From Lama guanicoe (taxonomy: Eukaryota): 64,000 nt of DNA. This document shows positions 1 to 12,840 of this stretch, piece after piece; position 1 is the stretch's first letter; every line of letters begins with the position of its first letter. The stretch is from assembly GCA_013239625.1 (NCBI GenBank), contig MU056000.1, positions 12,909,175 to 12,973,174 on the forward strand, in the 5' to 3' direction. The notes under the pieces are model-generated. The model was not told the DNA's origin, did not search any database, and saw nothing but the letters and a program-made list of their open reading frames with translations. The translations under genes were made by a program, and so were the position numbers.

Positions 1-300
1 CTTGTGAGTTCTTCCTCTTGGGGAGACAATGCCATACAGAGATTTCTGACTGAGTGCACACAGTCCTTCCTGAAGAATGGTGCCCTATCCTTATAAAGTA
101 TTGCCTTCTGCTGGCATATCAGCTGCCAACTGGTTGCCAAGTGGCTGGTTGGTCTCCTTGAAGTATGGCGCTATAACAACGGGGACTCAGCTTTGGTCTC
201 TGTGACTGGCAGGTTGGTTTTTCAGCAGGGACAGTGCAGGATCAGCTTTCGTAAGTTCAAGTCCATGGTGTTTGTTCAGTAAATTCCAAACTGGCCATTC
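1..300 (-). mobile_element. Degraded ERVL/MaLR-type internal fragment (integrase region)
   Basis: The reverse complement gives broken-frame peptides HGLELTKAD..., CQSQRPKLSP, ILQGDQPATW. These resemble the ERVL integrase segment LTKADLATA..ECPTCQQQRPTLSPRYGTIPRGDQPATWW. Confidence 0.7.
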
Positions 301-571
301 CCTCTCCAAGTCATCCCCATGCAGCCAAAGTATACATAATCTCATATTTGGAGTTTTGAGGCTCATTAAAGATTTTCAGCATTTCTAAGAAATTACTGGA
401 GAAATTATCATATTATATCCATTTCATTTTAATCTGAATAATCTGATTTTATTAGATGAGCATTGCATTTTAATAAGAACAAAAAGCTTTTAAACACAGC
501 ACAGAATGGAAATAACTTGTGCATTGTAATTTGCTACAACCCCTGACAGAGTAAGGCAGTATTCTACAGAA

Positions 572-747
572 CAGTGGTCCTTACATGTCTGTTGCATCCG
601 AATCACCAGCAAGGCTTATTAAATTACAGATGCCTGGGGCCCATCCCCAGTTTCTGATTTAGCAGGTGTGGAGTTGGGCTGAGATTTGCATTTCTAGTAA
701 GTTCCCAGTGATGCTAATTCTGCTGGTCTACACTTTAAGAACCACTG
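572..747. mobile_element. MER5A-like hAT-Charlie MITE
   Basis: Termini cagtggt...accactg. Internal motifs gaatcacc, cagatgcctggg, tttctgatt, atttgcatttcta, gttcccag are characteristic of MER5A. Confidence 0.85.
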
Positions 748-2800
748 CATAGGAGATACTGCTTTGCTGGTTTACATCTTCTAGTCTGGGTTCTTTTATT
801 CAGTGAGTAGATGTTCTATTTTCTCTACATGTCATTTTTAAGGGTTCACTAGCAAAGACATTTCAGACAACAAATCATTTTTGGTGTGATTTGATTCCTC
901 TTCTTCTTTCCTTAATTCTTATTTTTTCGGTAGTTCAGTTTCTGCTAGTCCTTTCATATCCTGCTCCATTGTTAGTCCATGAAGCAAGGGCTGCTGTGTG
1001 CCATTGTGTCTGAACTGGCTAGGTACCATTAAATCTCCCTTCCAGCAGTGGCTCCCTAGAAGCCTGTTGAAGCTCTGCCTGCTTTTCTGTTTCAACACCT
1101 CAGGGGACACCTTCAAATGCTTTCTCTTCTCAGCCCTCCAAAGCTCCATGATTTTTATGCCATTGCTTAGAAACCGGGGTTTGCTTTTTGGTCTCCCTTT
1201 CATTTGAACCGTATTTCTTTTGTTTATCAAACCACAGATGTGCACAAACCACAAAAGCAACCAGCTCTGTCTCCCAGTCTAAGATAAAAGTTTTCTCTCA
1301 ACATCTAACATGACTGAGCAGAGCATACAGGCGTCTTATTAAGGCTCTCACAGCCGTCTTCAGATCTTTTTTGCACTCGTTCAATGTCTACTATAAATAC
1401 TGAATCTTCAAAAATAAACTCCCAAGGAAATTCTCCAAAGTGTCTCAATAGCCTACTTCTGAAGACCTAAAACCTGGAAATAGCTTCTATCTCTCTTGGT
1501 TTTTTTGGATTGGCAGCTTTCTGCCTCTCCCCTACACACTTTTTAGGTGCCTGCCAAGCTGTCCAGTGGGACTGTTTTGTTATGATGATTCTTTGGTAGT
1601 GAGGACAAGACAGTAACTCCTGTCAGAGGTGAACCCAGAGCTTTTAAGGAGCAGAAATATTGGGATGACAACTTGCAAAGATCCTCTGGACTACCCCAGC
1701 TCAAGGGTATCACTATTTAATCAATTTATGTCCAACTTTATGTACACTACATATATCCATTGTCCTATATAATATTCACACTAATGAACAGAAAACACAT
1801 GCTGTCATACCTTACTTAGCTTTTGATTTTATAAGCATGCATTCCTTATCTTCTTCATTTTATTTTTTTAATGGTTTACAATATAATTAATAACCTAAAT
1901 TGGAGACGTTGAAACTTAGATCTGAAACAAACCATTTTTTATTTGCTGTCCTTTAGGTAACCTCAGTCCTCAAGATTTAACATTTATTGTATCCATTCTC
2001 CTCACACATTCTGTTTATATGCAAATTGTAAGATCATAGAGTGTTCCATGGAGATGTTAGTTATGCATGTTTTATGGCACTATTAATGCATCTTTGCACG
2101 TCTAAAATGGCACATTGGCAAAAAATTGATTAAGCACTCTATATTTTATAAACTGAAACTAATTGTTTAACTAGATAGATTAGTTAGAATCAGTGAGACT
2201 TGTGGGAGCACATGTTGAATTGTTTTCATACCTTTCTAATTTCATTATAAAAAATTTCTGCAAATGAATGGCTTAAAGTAGAGAACATCTCGATTTATAG
2301 GCGATGGGAGTATGTCTAGTTTCTCCAAATATATGTTCAAACTAATAAAAAAAAGACTAATGAACACATTATTACACTTTTATGGTACATATTTTTTCAA
2401 GCCACATTAAAATAAAACTAGTTCAGGGATTTGCAAATTATTCAAAATTTTATCTGAAAGATTTGCTCTAACTATACTCATTATGAAAGTTTGACCTTTT
2501 CTCCCCCTATTTCTTGTGACCGTAGCTCAGAGAAGAAATAATGAATTTCACTTAGTCACTTACCTTGCTATTATGCAGGTTTTAATGGTGCTCACAGATG
2601 CATCCGCTTTGAATTTTGCAGCAATGAAATCCGTCATGGTTGTCTCCATGAGAATAAAATTTTTGCTTTTGCTAAGTTTTCTCAGTAATACTTCTGCCAA
2701 GTTTAATTATCTTGAACTTGATTATTCTTACATGCGAAGTCTCAACATTGATTAGACTCAGCTTAAACCTTGCAAGATTTTTGCCTCTTTCCAAAACATC

Positions 2801-2979
2801 CATTAGATCTTTGGTCCATAAGACTTTGGCCCAGGCCAAGAGGTTCCTGAAATTTGGTCCTGTCTAAGATGTTCATGAGCATATCTGGTCCATGCCAAAT
2901 GGTTTTGAACAAGACCAAATATCAGGGATCTTTTGGTGTGGACCAAATGTCTTAAAAACATTTTGGACAAGACCTAATG
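2801..2979. repeat. Imperfect long inverted repeat built from TTTGG-N6-CCAAA-type subunits (probable ancient palindromic DNA-transposon relic)
   Basis: 2819-2868 aligns to the reverse complement of 2903-2954. The outer ends cattagatct... and ...agacctaatg are also complementary. Confidence 0.8.
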
Positions 2980-3156
2980 TCTGCTAATCAAATTGAAACA
3001 TGCAACTGGTTTTAATAAACATGGTCCAGATACTTATGATCTATTCCTGCTCACAAGGAAATAGATATATTTTAAATCTTTTCTAATGTCAGTTATTCCA
3101 AACTCTGTTTGCCAAACTCCTGGCATTTTCAATTTTATGTATTGTTTGTATCATTT

Positions 3157-3420
3157 AGTGTAAAGACCAAGCTACAGTCATAAGAAGACCACAATGTATA
3201 TAGCATCTCAAATAAGGCAAGTGATTACTTTTCTCTTATGAAATAGTTCCAAGCAAGGTAAGTGGGCCAGGGTGGGGAGGCAGTTGCATTCTATGTGATT
3301 ATTCAGAAATCTGGGCTCCTTCTCTCCTGCTGCTCTTTCATCCCTTAGGGTCTTGTCTCTTCCAAGTTCTGGATTGCAGGAGAACAAACTGTGAAATGGG
3401 AAGCGAGCGATTTCTTAAGG
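3157..3420 (-). mobile_element. Old MaLR LTR fragment (MLT1K/L-like)
   Basis: Motifs tttctcttatgaaatagttcc, gggccagggtggggaggcag and ctgggctccttctctcctgctgctct resemble the antisense MLT1K/L consensus. Confidence 0.55.
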
Positions 3421-4075
3421 AGAATGAATTTGGGGGCAGCAATTGTCAGCCTCCTGTCTTCCCTTTTGAGGAATAGCAGGTTGATTTTACTATGTCTAGT
3501 TATAATCCTTATTCTCTATTCAAAATCATATTAAAATATATAGTCTTCAAAATTGTTTTGTGATTGAAATATATACATGAGTAGTTGACATATAAAATTG
3601 CACGCTGGTATAAAATATCCACTTTATGAGCGTATCTAATAAGAAAGCTATGGTACCCATATTCAAACCTTTCAGTCTATAACCCCATGGGATTAACATT
3701 TCCACCTAACTTGACCATCTTTAAATGTTTATATCCTTTAGGGGGTTACAGGAACCTTTTAACATTATTGAACTTTAAAATATGGTATTTAGATTCCTGC
3801 CACGATGTCTCTGTAGCTTTCCTCATAAATACGTCAAATATAATTGTGACCTCACAAGTACATTTGTTGATTTATAGCATTTATATTTTTACTATAAAAT
3901 GTGGCATTAAAAATGAACATTAAACCAAACATTAAATATCATTGGCATTAAGTTTGAAGGAGATTTAAAATTATGAAATATAACTTGATATTAAAATCAT
4001 GATACAGAATTGTGTTTTTGAATGAATAAGCACTAAGAAAACCTTTTTAAAAAATGATTACTATCTCAGGAAGGC

Positions 4076-4165
4076 TATATGTGTGTGTATGTATATATGT
4101 ATATATGTGTATGTATATATGTACATACATATATACATACACACATATACATTGATATATATAGA
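4076..4165. repeat. (TA/TG/CA) alternating purine-pyrimidine microsatellite, self-complementary
   Basis: tgtgtatgtatatatgta is followed later by its reverse complement tacatatatacatacaca. Confidence 0.9.
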
Positions 4166-4589
4166 CTTTTTTTCTATTTCCCTCTATAATGGAATATATG
4201 ATATGCCATTTTAAAAAACTGAATGGATAAATGTAAGAGCAGCAGTGGTATTTTTTTCCTAGATAATTCTGCCTACTGGATTTTCAGCTTGGACTTTTTC
4301 CCATCTTTAATTGTGGAAATATTTTTCACTATAGGTAAGCTTTTAAGCTATAAATAAATTTGCATTAATATGAATTGGGATCTCTCATAGCTCTAATATT
4401 TGAAGTTATTTTAATGTTACAATTTGTTTTATAAGGCTATTTGTTTTAGTCAAATAACCAGATATGAGAAAATGTTTTATAATTTATAACTTAATTCAAA
4501 TTTTTTGGATTTTGTTTAGCAATTTCTTTATCATTCTCCCAGTTAATAATCCAGCATGCTATAATGGAAATTGATTTCTCCTAGGAATT

Positions 4590-4705
4590 AGAAAACTTGA
4601 CATGGAATTCCAGCTCTGTGACTGACTTTGTTCTGAGATCTTGAATAAGACATTAACATTTTCTGTCTCAATTTTTTAATCTTAGTATAAGGGCATCAGA
4701 AACTC
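4590..4705 (+). mobile_element. MIR SINE fragment
   Basis: MIR core-like aattccagctctgtgactgact...tcttgaataagacattaac...tctgtctcaatttttt. Confidence 0.55.
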
Positions 4706-4912
4706 CTAATTCCATTTTAAAATTGTATAAATCACTTTTAAGAGACTTTTATAAGTCACACTGTTATATTCATTAGATAGAAAGATGATTTAGATACAAT
4801 CTTGTCTCAAGAGCAATCTTGCCTTGTAGATTAAAATGGTCAGTATCAAAATGCCCACCAAATGGTACTGGTCTAAATAAGCAAAACTTAACCTATGTTA
4901 AAGCTATTCTGC

Positions 4913-5086
4913 AACAAGGACCTACTGTATAGCACCAGGGACTATATTAAATTTCTTGTAACGAGCTGTAATGGGAAAAATCTGAAAAAAAAATGTATAC
5001 ACATGTATAATTGAGTTGCTTTGCTGTACACATGAAATTAACATTGTAAATAGATTATACTTCAATAAAAATAAGAATTAAAAAAT
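4913..5086 (+). mobile_element. L1 3' UTR fragment (cetartiodactyl-type) with A-rich tail
   Basis: aacaaggacctactgtatagcac...tgctgtacac...acattgtaaa...tatacttcaataaaa. Confidence 0.85.
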
Positions 5087-5879
5087 ATTTTGGTGAAATC
5101 TTTGCATTTCATAATTCAGGTAGAACACTATTCCTAAGTAAACAAATAAAAATGACCTCATGTTTTCTGTCATAACACTAACGTATCAAACTATGGCAAA
5201 ATGTCTAGAACAATTTGAGAAGAAAAATCCTTGATGCAGGAATTGTACAGAAAACTATGAAGACTGCATATGGAAACAAAAAAAGGTTTGCTTTCTGATT
5301 TGTAAAGTTGATACCGCATATCATTCATATTTCCTACCTCTCAAAAATATGATTGAGATCTACCAAGTGTGCAAATGAAACAGAAACCCAAGAATGAGGA
5401 AATAGTGCTTCAAGGAAGTCACAACATTTATCTTGTTTAACCTAAGTAATAAGAACTGTCATTTCAAAATGGTAATTGAATGGAAACATTATACATGATT
5501 CTCAAATTACTTAGCAAAATAATTTTAAAAGTAATAAGAATGTGTGATATATAATAACCATATGTAATATTATATGTTATAATATAATAACATACAATGT
5601 AGATGGCATTGATAATGAAAAATGACTGGGGGAGGATTAGAAGAATACAAAATCTTGTTAAATCTTCTCCTTTTTAGGGACATTCAATAGGTACATTTTT
5701 AATATTTCACAATAAACTCATGCACCTAAAAATAAATTAGATATTATATTGTATCAGAATAATTGTATTATATCAGAAGCTAGAGAGTAAACAGGGGGCA
5801 CCTCCAAAGTGTTACTTAATGAAAATATATTTGCAATAGTTTGGACAGGATTAATGGGAACCACTGAAGGTTGTTTGAA

Positions 5880-6260
5880 TGATTAAAGGGAAACATCAAA
5901 GTGCAGCACTCCAGGGCCTGCAGCAGCAGACTAACTACCCCCTCTGAAGGCCTGAAGAAGCCAGGGAAAGAACTGAGCCTCACCTGGCTCACTCTGGTAG
6001 CTGTAGACGAGCATCCGTAGCCTGCAGTGAAGGGAACTGTCTCTGGCAAACCATGGTGCATTATGGGAGGAAAGTACCCCAAATTTCTCTCTCCAGCTGC
6101 CCTCTGATTTGCTGCTGGTGCCTCCCATTGGCCAAACTCAACTAGATCCTGGGAGTGTTGTGGTCCAAGGGATGCAATTCCAAAGTACAACCTCTTGGGG
6201 CAGAATGTCGGGTGCAGTAGGACGGGGTACATCCAAAGGGGCACTGACTCAAATGGAGTG
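5880..6260. mobile_element. ERVL LTR fragment (LTR33/LTR41-like)
   Basis: Diagnostic ctctgatttgctgctggtgcctcccattggccaaactcaact and cctcttggggcag in a GC-richer block. This explains ORF 5816-6313. Confidence 0.65.
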
Positions 6261-7319
6261 AAACACAATGAAGGATTTAAAAACCAGTGAAGGGCTAAAT
6301 AAATAAGCCTCATTCTATGTAAATATTAAAAAAAAAAGTCACAAAAAGGGGAGGCCATTTCTGTTAGGGTAACTGGTTTTGTTTGCTCTCAGTTTTCAAG
6401 TACAATAATGGGAAACTGGTTGCTCAAGATAATGTTTTTGCTGGTCATCCTAAGGCCTGCCCTTCAGTCAACATGACTCACAAGTAACTCAGATAAAGGA
6501 GACCGGGGATAGAGACCTGTACATAATATATTAAAAAACAGATGCCAAATCTAAGAATTAAAAAAAAAATCTGGGATTAAGTCCTCTGTCTTTACATTTT
6601 GTGCCCACACAAGGGCTTTTGGACTCTCATTTAGAAATCCATTGCTAAAACCAGAATGAAAGCAGGTAACCACTCAGATGTTTGGAGTATCTAGGTGCAA
6701 AATTTAGGCTTGTGTAAACTGGGATTTACAGTGTCCTTCATTATGGGGCAACTTTGAGCTATTGATCATCTGGATTCATTTACACTGTTAAGTAGAAACA
6801 TTTTAGGGATGTTACATGAGGCAGATGGCTAGACTGAAATAAAAGAAGACAGAAGTAAAAGACAGTATAGCTCCACCAAATGTAAAACAAAGGAGCAATA
6901 GAATTGCCATATCATCATGCCCTGTTTAAAAACAAGGCGATGTTATAACTGGATAAATATGTGTAATTTCCATGATCCAAATTTTTATGTTTCCAAGAGC
7001 TCATAGAAATAAAAAAGAAAAGCTAAAACGTCTTCCACCTTCTAAAGAGGACAAAGAACATAAAACTAAAATTTGCAAAAGAAACACTACCAAACAATAA
7101 ACTTGCAAGAGTATTCAACTGTAATGGCAGCAGAAAATGAAATCAAAAGGATAATGACTATTTTTTCCCTTTAAACTCTCAAGTCATTAATGATAGGTAG
7201 TATTTTACTAATTATCTGTAAAGACAACAAAAGTTGCTTTCTCGGTGATAATCAAGGTATAATTTTATCATTGCTTGAAAGTAATTTCTCAACACATGCA
7301 TTATGAAATTTAACATCAT

Positions 7320-7600
7320 TTGGACAAGTAATTTTAGATGATAATTACTGTTTTAGGAAATGCATTGAGAATACAAACTACAACAAACATTTTTATGCTA
7401 AGATGTTCATCATAGTGTTATATATATGTCAGTTACACACTCAATATAACTGGATCCCTAGAAATAGGGTATGTAAATTATATGAGAAAATTTGCTGTAT
7501 CTTTAAAAATGTTAGTTTTATAAATTTCAAAACTGTGAGAAAATGGTCATGACAGTGTTTTAATGTGGGACATAAACTTATGTAAAGAAAATTTAATTAT
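7320..7600 (+). mobile_element. Very old L1M 3' fragment
   Basis: caagatgttcatcatagtgtta-like motif and upstream ttttaggaa, as in L1ME 3' ends. Confidence 0.45.
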
Positions 7601-7735
7601 ATACATATGTACCTCATATATACATGCACTTACATGTATATGCATATGTACACATATATAATACTGTATATTCACACATTTGTATGCATGTTTATATATA
7701 GTATATATACATATGTTTATCTGCATAATACAGCT
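7598..7735. repeat. (TA/CA/TG)-rich low-complexity tract
   Basis: Degenerate tatacatatg repeats; the source of the spurious ORFs 7547-7741 and 7680-7883. Confidence 0.85.
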
Positions 7736-8534
7736 TTGCATAATAAATACTAAGAATTATATAAAAATTCTAGTGCTGAATTTATTTGAAGGGAATAAAA
7801 CATTGCAAATAATATTCTATCATTCTGCCAGTTTCAGCCTAGACAGCTACAAAGTTACTTTCTTCCTTCTTCAAGATTTCTGAGACATAATATTTATGCT
7901 ATGTAAGTATGTTAAGCAAAATAAGGTAAATTCGTATATATTCGAACAGATAAAGTATCCTCATCTACATGCTTTCTGTAGCTTAAAGAAATCTCTAATT
8001 CTACTATTGCCAAGAATTTGCATGTATAAGTTTTGTGGCAATGAAAAATAACTTTTATATGTTATAAGTTAACTTTTTAGGAGCTATTCTAGGATTAACT
8101 AAGGACTAGATTTTTTTCTTCTTAGATAAGAAAATATATATTTCTGAAGATGCAGGCTGCATTAGTAAACACTCATAATTCAACTATGTGACATTTGGTT
8201 TATAAAAGGAAAGAGAAAAAATATGTGGGATTCAATCAAGTTTGCATATGCTGCTGTCTAGATAGTGTGGATGCTTGAATGCCAAATATAGATTAGAAGA
8301 TATAAATAGGATTTTTTTCTTCTGATAACAACATACTTCTGAAACATGGTATTTAGAGGAGAAATATATACAAATCCTCTGGAACTGTTTAGAGTCAAGG
8401 GATTGAAATTATTCTCTTCTGGAGAAACATATTTTGACAGATTATATTAAATGACTTTCCAAAATGTCCAGGGATCAGATTAATCTATATATTCTACAGC
8501 TGTTATTAGATGAGAAGGTGGGGGGGCATTGTTA

Positions 8535-8615
8535 TTTGTAAATTTGGAAAATGTTAGGTTAAACAAAGACTTGATTTTTTTTTAAACTGTGAGGCTTCTC
8601 AGTGCTTTAAGCATA
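8535..8615. mobile_element. hAT-Charlie-type DNA transposon fragment
   Basis: tttggaaaatgttaggttaaacaaag...actgtgaggcttctcagtgctttaa resembles a Charlie-family MER consensus. Confidence 0.5.
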
Positions 8616-8617
8616 AT

Positions 8618-8840
8618 AAATAATAGCTAATATTATTGAGTGCTTGCTCTGGGTCAGGTCACCATGATAAAATCCACATACGATCATCACAACAGTCTTG
8701 TGAGGTATATTATTAACCCCATTAGGGGACTAAAGATATTTAGACTTAGGTTAAATAATTTGTCGGATTTATACAGACAGTAACTGCTGAAGAAGTTATA
8801 TGGACCAAAGCAGAACAGAGCAGAAGTCTGGACTCTGAAC
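8618..8840 (-). mobile_element. MIR SINE
   Basis: aataatagctaatattattgagtgcttgctct...cacaacagtcttgtgaggta...attaaccccatt...aggttaaataatttg. Confidence 0.75.
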
Positions 8841-10531
8841 TGTTAGAAAATATATACCACCTCTCCTCATTAGCCAATGACCATTGATGGTCTCCAATAA
8901 TAGAACATAGTGTACTGTGCTTCTCAGGTTTCCTGGATCTCAAACTTTATACTTTTTCCAAATTGTCCCAGAATCCTTCTGGGTTACACAATTCATTTTG
9001 TAAGTATTCAAGTTTTATGCCTTACCTAAAATCTCTTGCTACATTACTAAATCTTCTTTGTTTTAAATAAGTTCTTTTTGTTGTCATTGTTGAAAATTAG
9101 AGAGTGACATGGCATGGAAAAAAAAACCTAAAGGTGGGACATGGGAAAATTAGATACAGAAGGAAAAATGTATTGGATAGAGGATAGAATATCAATGATG
9201 AGCTTTGTTAGCCATTTAAATAAGAGTGAGCTCTTCCTTATTACTGTTATTAAAAATCATTATTTAAAAATATCTACTTTTCATAGTTTGCTACTTAGCT
9301 AAGTATTTGGGCCCTGAAGCAATTCATTGAAGAAAACCTTTTTCAAAAGTTCAAATAAACAGAAATAAAGTCTGAAGATGATCCCCTGCTGTTTTTTCAT
9401 TTTTTTTTCCCCTGAAAATCATAAAATAACAGGGGGACTACAGAGGGTTCTGAGTAAACTCCAGCATGGGGTATGAATAAAATGAAGAAAATATCCTCCC
9501 TGGCCTATTTAAAACATGTATTTTCAAACTTTTTCTTTATTCCTACAGCTTTCTCAATCAAGGAGTTCGTAGAACTCAGTGGGAGCAGTAGGTTGACAAA
9601 ATTTAATATCACTTTTGCATAAACTAGAGCTGTTTCTCACTTGAACCTGAAAACAAGGTGAATCGAGTTCATTATAAAAGACAACATAAAAAGACATGAA
9701 ATTACTTATTTTGACCCATTGTAGTAGCAGAGCAGAGGGTATCTGTTCTTCATGTACATTTATTTATCTTCAGAATGAATTATTGATGGTGAGCAGCATA
9801 GCGAAAATCTAGTCCATCTTCCAGAAACCATCTCCTTTTGCCCAAATTTTGCGAGGAGGTGAATTAGGTCACTCTGCAAGACTTAGTCTTGCTTTAAAAT
9901 AAACAATTGACTTTCATCTAATGACATTCCTTGTGCTGGGAGCTGTCAAACTAAGACAACTACATCTATGATGTAGTGGATTTTGAGGAACGAGTCCTCA
10001 AAATGTCCTCCCTCTAGACATGGTGGCAAGCATCCTTTCTGGTAGGGTTTTAGGGTCCCGAGGATGGCTCAGATGTCAGCACTTCGTGTTTCAGCCGTGC
10101 CTGCAATAACTTGGAGAGAGGCCAACCCTGGATCTCTAGCTAACTAAAGAAAAGTCTTAGAAAGTGAATGTCCCTGGAGAAGCAATTCCCATGTGCATGA
10201 TGAAATTCCTTATATCCCAGTTTTGATTTGAATATGGGAGAGTGAGAAACCCATAGAGATAGATGGAACAAAACAAGGGAGCTAGGAGATATGTTTTGGC
10301 CTAAAGTAGGCATGATTTAGTGATGTAAATCTTTACTATTATGACGCTTTTATGGTGATTTGTTTTTCATAAGCCAGACATAACTATGTGGTGTCTAGAT
10401 AGGTATTTATTATATACACAAGGGCCAGAGAAGGCCCCTAAGAACCATTTTTGTTACCATTAAAAATACAGAATGAGACCCTATCCCAGGAAATTCTGTT
10501 TCAACAGAATGGGGTAATATTCAACAAACTG

Positions 10532-10580
10532 AATAATAGTAACAACAACAATAATAATGATAACAATAATAATAATAAAT
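10532..10580. repeat. (AAT/AAC)n trinucleotide repeat
   Basis: aataatagtaacaacaacaataataatgataacaataataataataa. Confidence 0.9.
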
Positions 10581-10720
10581 GCTTAGAAGGTCCTGGTACA
10601 CAGGCAACCACACATACCAGACCACTGAAAGAAATGAGACATCATGAAACAGATCAGGCTGAATCACTGAGTAAATAGGTTGACTGACATTTTTAGGTCT
10701 TGGAAGTAAAAGTGGATCAG

Positions 10721-11170
10721 TGAGGTAGGTTGATAATTTCCCTTAAGACTAATTCTCCCTTCACTTCATTTTAATAGAGTTTTTAGCTAAGTAGATAAAC
10801 AACAGAACTTAAAATTACATTTCTCAATCTTCTTTGCATCTTGTTGTGGTCATGTGAGTGAACTATAACTAGTGTGCCTTCAGAGGATATATTCTACAGC
10901 AGTTTAGGAAACCTTTGGCCCCATTCTTTCATCATTCTTGCCTTCTCCTTTGGCTGTTTGGATTGTAGAAGTTGCCAAATTAGGTCATCAGGAAATGAAC
11001 CATCTTAGGCATGGTGATGTGGTGGGCTAGAAGGCATCATACTACCTGAGGACTTGGTGGAGGTGAGCTACTGCACCAGCACCAGCCTAGATACCCCTGA
11101 GTTTGTAAGTTAAAGAGATTCACAGTTTTATCTTGCCTTTCACATTATTCTTCACCTGCAACATTGTTAA
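10721..11170 (+). mobile_element. MaLR solo LTR (MLT1J/I-like)
   Basis: ttctcccttc, attacatttctcaatcttctttgcatct..tgtggtcatgtga and gagctactgcaccagc..cagcctaga are MLT1J-type motifs. Confidence 0.65.
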
Positions 11171-12639
11171 TGTCAAAATGGTACATACATGAACCATGTA
11201 AAGGGTGCATAGTATAGAAGAAGTGGCAGGCTGGGCTGCCAAGAGCAGGATACAGAATGACTCAGAAACAATGCTTTCACTGCTGTTGGTCCTATGTAAT
11301 TTGAAACATTAAAAAGCAATACTATTACACATCCGGCTCAAGAAATGTGTAGTTTAAAAATACAACACTAAAAAAGTGAGACTGCTAATGATTTCAGAGC
11401 ATTGACAAAATGTGCAAAAATAGAGATATCATGTCACTTTGCATTACTATTGCCTAAGGAGAATTCTGATTGCTCTAAACCAATTAACAAAACCAATGAG
11501 AGTGTGTATGTGAGTGTACACGTTCATGCAGGCGTGCACGTGTGTATTGACACTTAAATATAAAAATTTAAAGAACGGCCTTATAATGAAAAGTAGAACT
11601 TTTCTTTTTGTAACTGACTTTCCATTTTACAGGGAGTAAATGGCATTAAGTGTCACATATATTAAAAAAATAAATTACACATTTAGAAGACATGAACAAC
11701 CTCACCCATAATGTATGAGTCGCAAGTGATAATTCTGCTTGGATATTTTTGATACCATGGTTCTAAAGCCTTCATAAAAACATCAGTGCTAGGAACAAAC
11801 ATTGATTAATGGTTTCAGTAAAATTAAATCCTGATATCTAAGATGACATTCTCATGACTTTGAATTTCAAAGGAAGTATTTCTGGCTTTGGAAATAGATT
11901 CTGGCAGTTTATTTTGAATCACCTAGAATTTAGTTTCTCATTCTTCAATCAGCTCATACTGATTGTAGTGCTGAAATTGAATAGCTTTCATAGTATTTTT
12001 GATGTATTAACACTTTCTCATGGGGACATATTTAAGAAGAAAAAATACCTTCTTTTTTCAGAATTCATGTTCATTATAAGAAAAAAAATACAAAGAAGTA
12101 CATAGAAGAATATGAAAAACACTATGATAACACCTTCCTGAGAGAGTCACTTTTACAATCTTTGTCTATATTTTATCTATTTTGTTACCTTTATTTTTTA
12201 AATATATATGTTCAATTGTATGAATGGTATAATCCCATTATAAAAAGTAAAAAAATTATATGTAGTAAATTATGTGTAAATGTGTAAGGTCTGAGTTATT
12301 TCCCTATGCTCAGCCTTTACAAATTAAACACTATTGGTGATTTATAGTGTGTCTTTGCAAACATTTTTGTTTGGGCACTCCTAGCTAGCTAGCTAGCTAG
12401 ATACACATATGCACAGAGATACATACATAATAGTTTCATAGACTCATTTTTGCAATATGTATAGGATAAGTCTCTCTCTTTGCACACACATATGCACACG
12501 TATATATATTTCTGTGACTCCAATTTTTCACTTAATAATGTACCAAATTTCAGACCAGCTGAATATTAATTTTTTTATTTTAAAAATCTTTTGTTTAAAA
12601 AAAATCTGTTAAACACTGTCCTGAAAATCTTAGACAGTT

Positions 12640-12840
12640 TAATAAGGTTAAAACATATGAAAGAGATGTAGATTATAAAATAATAATTAGAACATTATTT
12701 ATTCACAGATAATATAATTGCCTATATATGTAGAAAATTCTAAGAACTCTATAAAAATGCTACCAAAACTAAAAAGTAAGTTTAGCAAGAACACAGTACA
12801 CAGGATCAACATATAAAAATCTATATACTAAAAATTAACA
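12640..12840 (+). mobile_element. Old L1M ORF2 fragment (RT FADD region), 5' part of an interrupted copy
   Basis: ttattcacagataatataattgcctat...gtagaaaattctaagaactcta...agtttagcaag matches the L1 ORF2 RT region. Confidence 0.75.

Noticed and set aside
919..1260. 113-aa minus-strand ORF in unique sequence
   Set aside because: Non-ATG start, no recognisable domain and no convincing splice context; this length is expected by chance.
2801..2979. CRISPR-like array interpretation of the periodic palindromic units
   Set aside because: Mammalian context, no cas genes, degenerate units, spacers of only about 10-14 nt, and overall inverted rather than direct-repeat symmetry.
5816..6313. Longest non-microsatellite ORF (165 aa)
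   Set aside because: Lies over an ERVL LTR fragment; no protein similarity recognised.
12381..12400. (CTAG)5 perfect palindrome
   Set aside because: A simple self-complementary tetranucleotide microsatellite.
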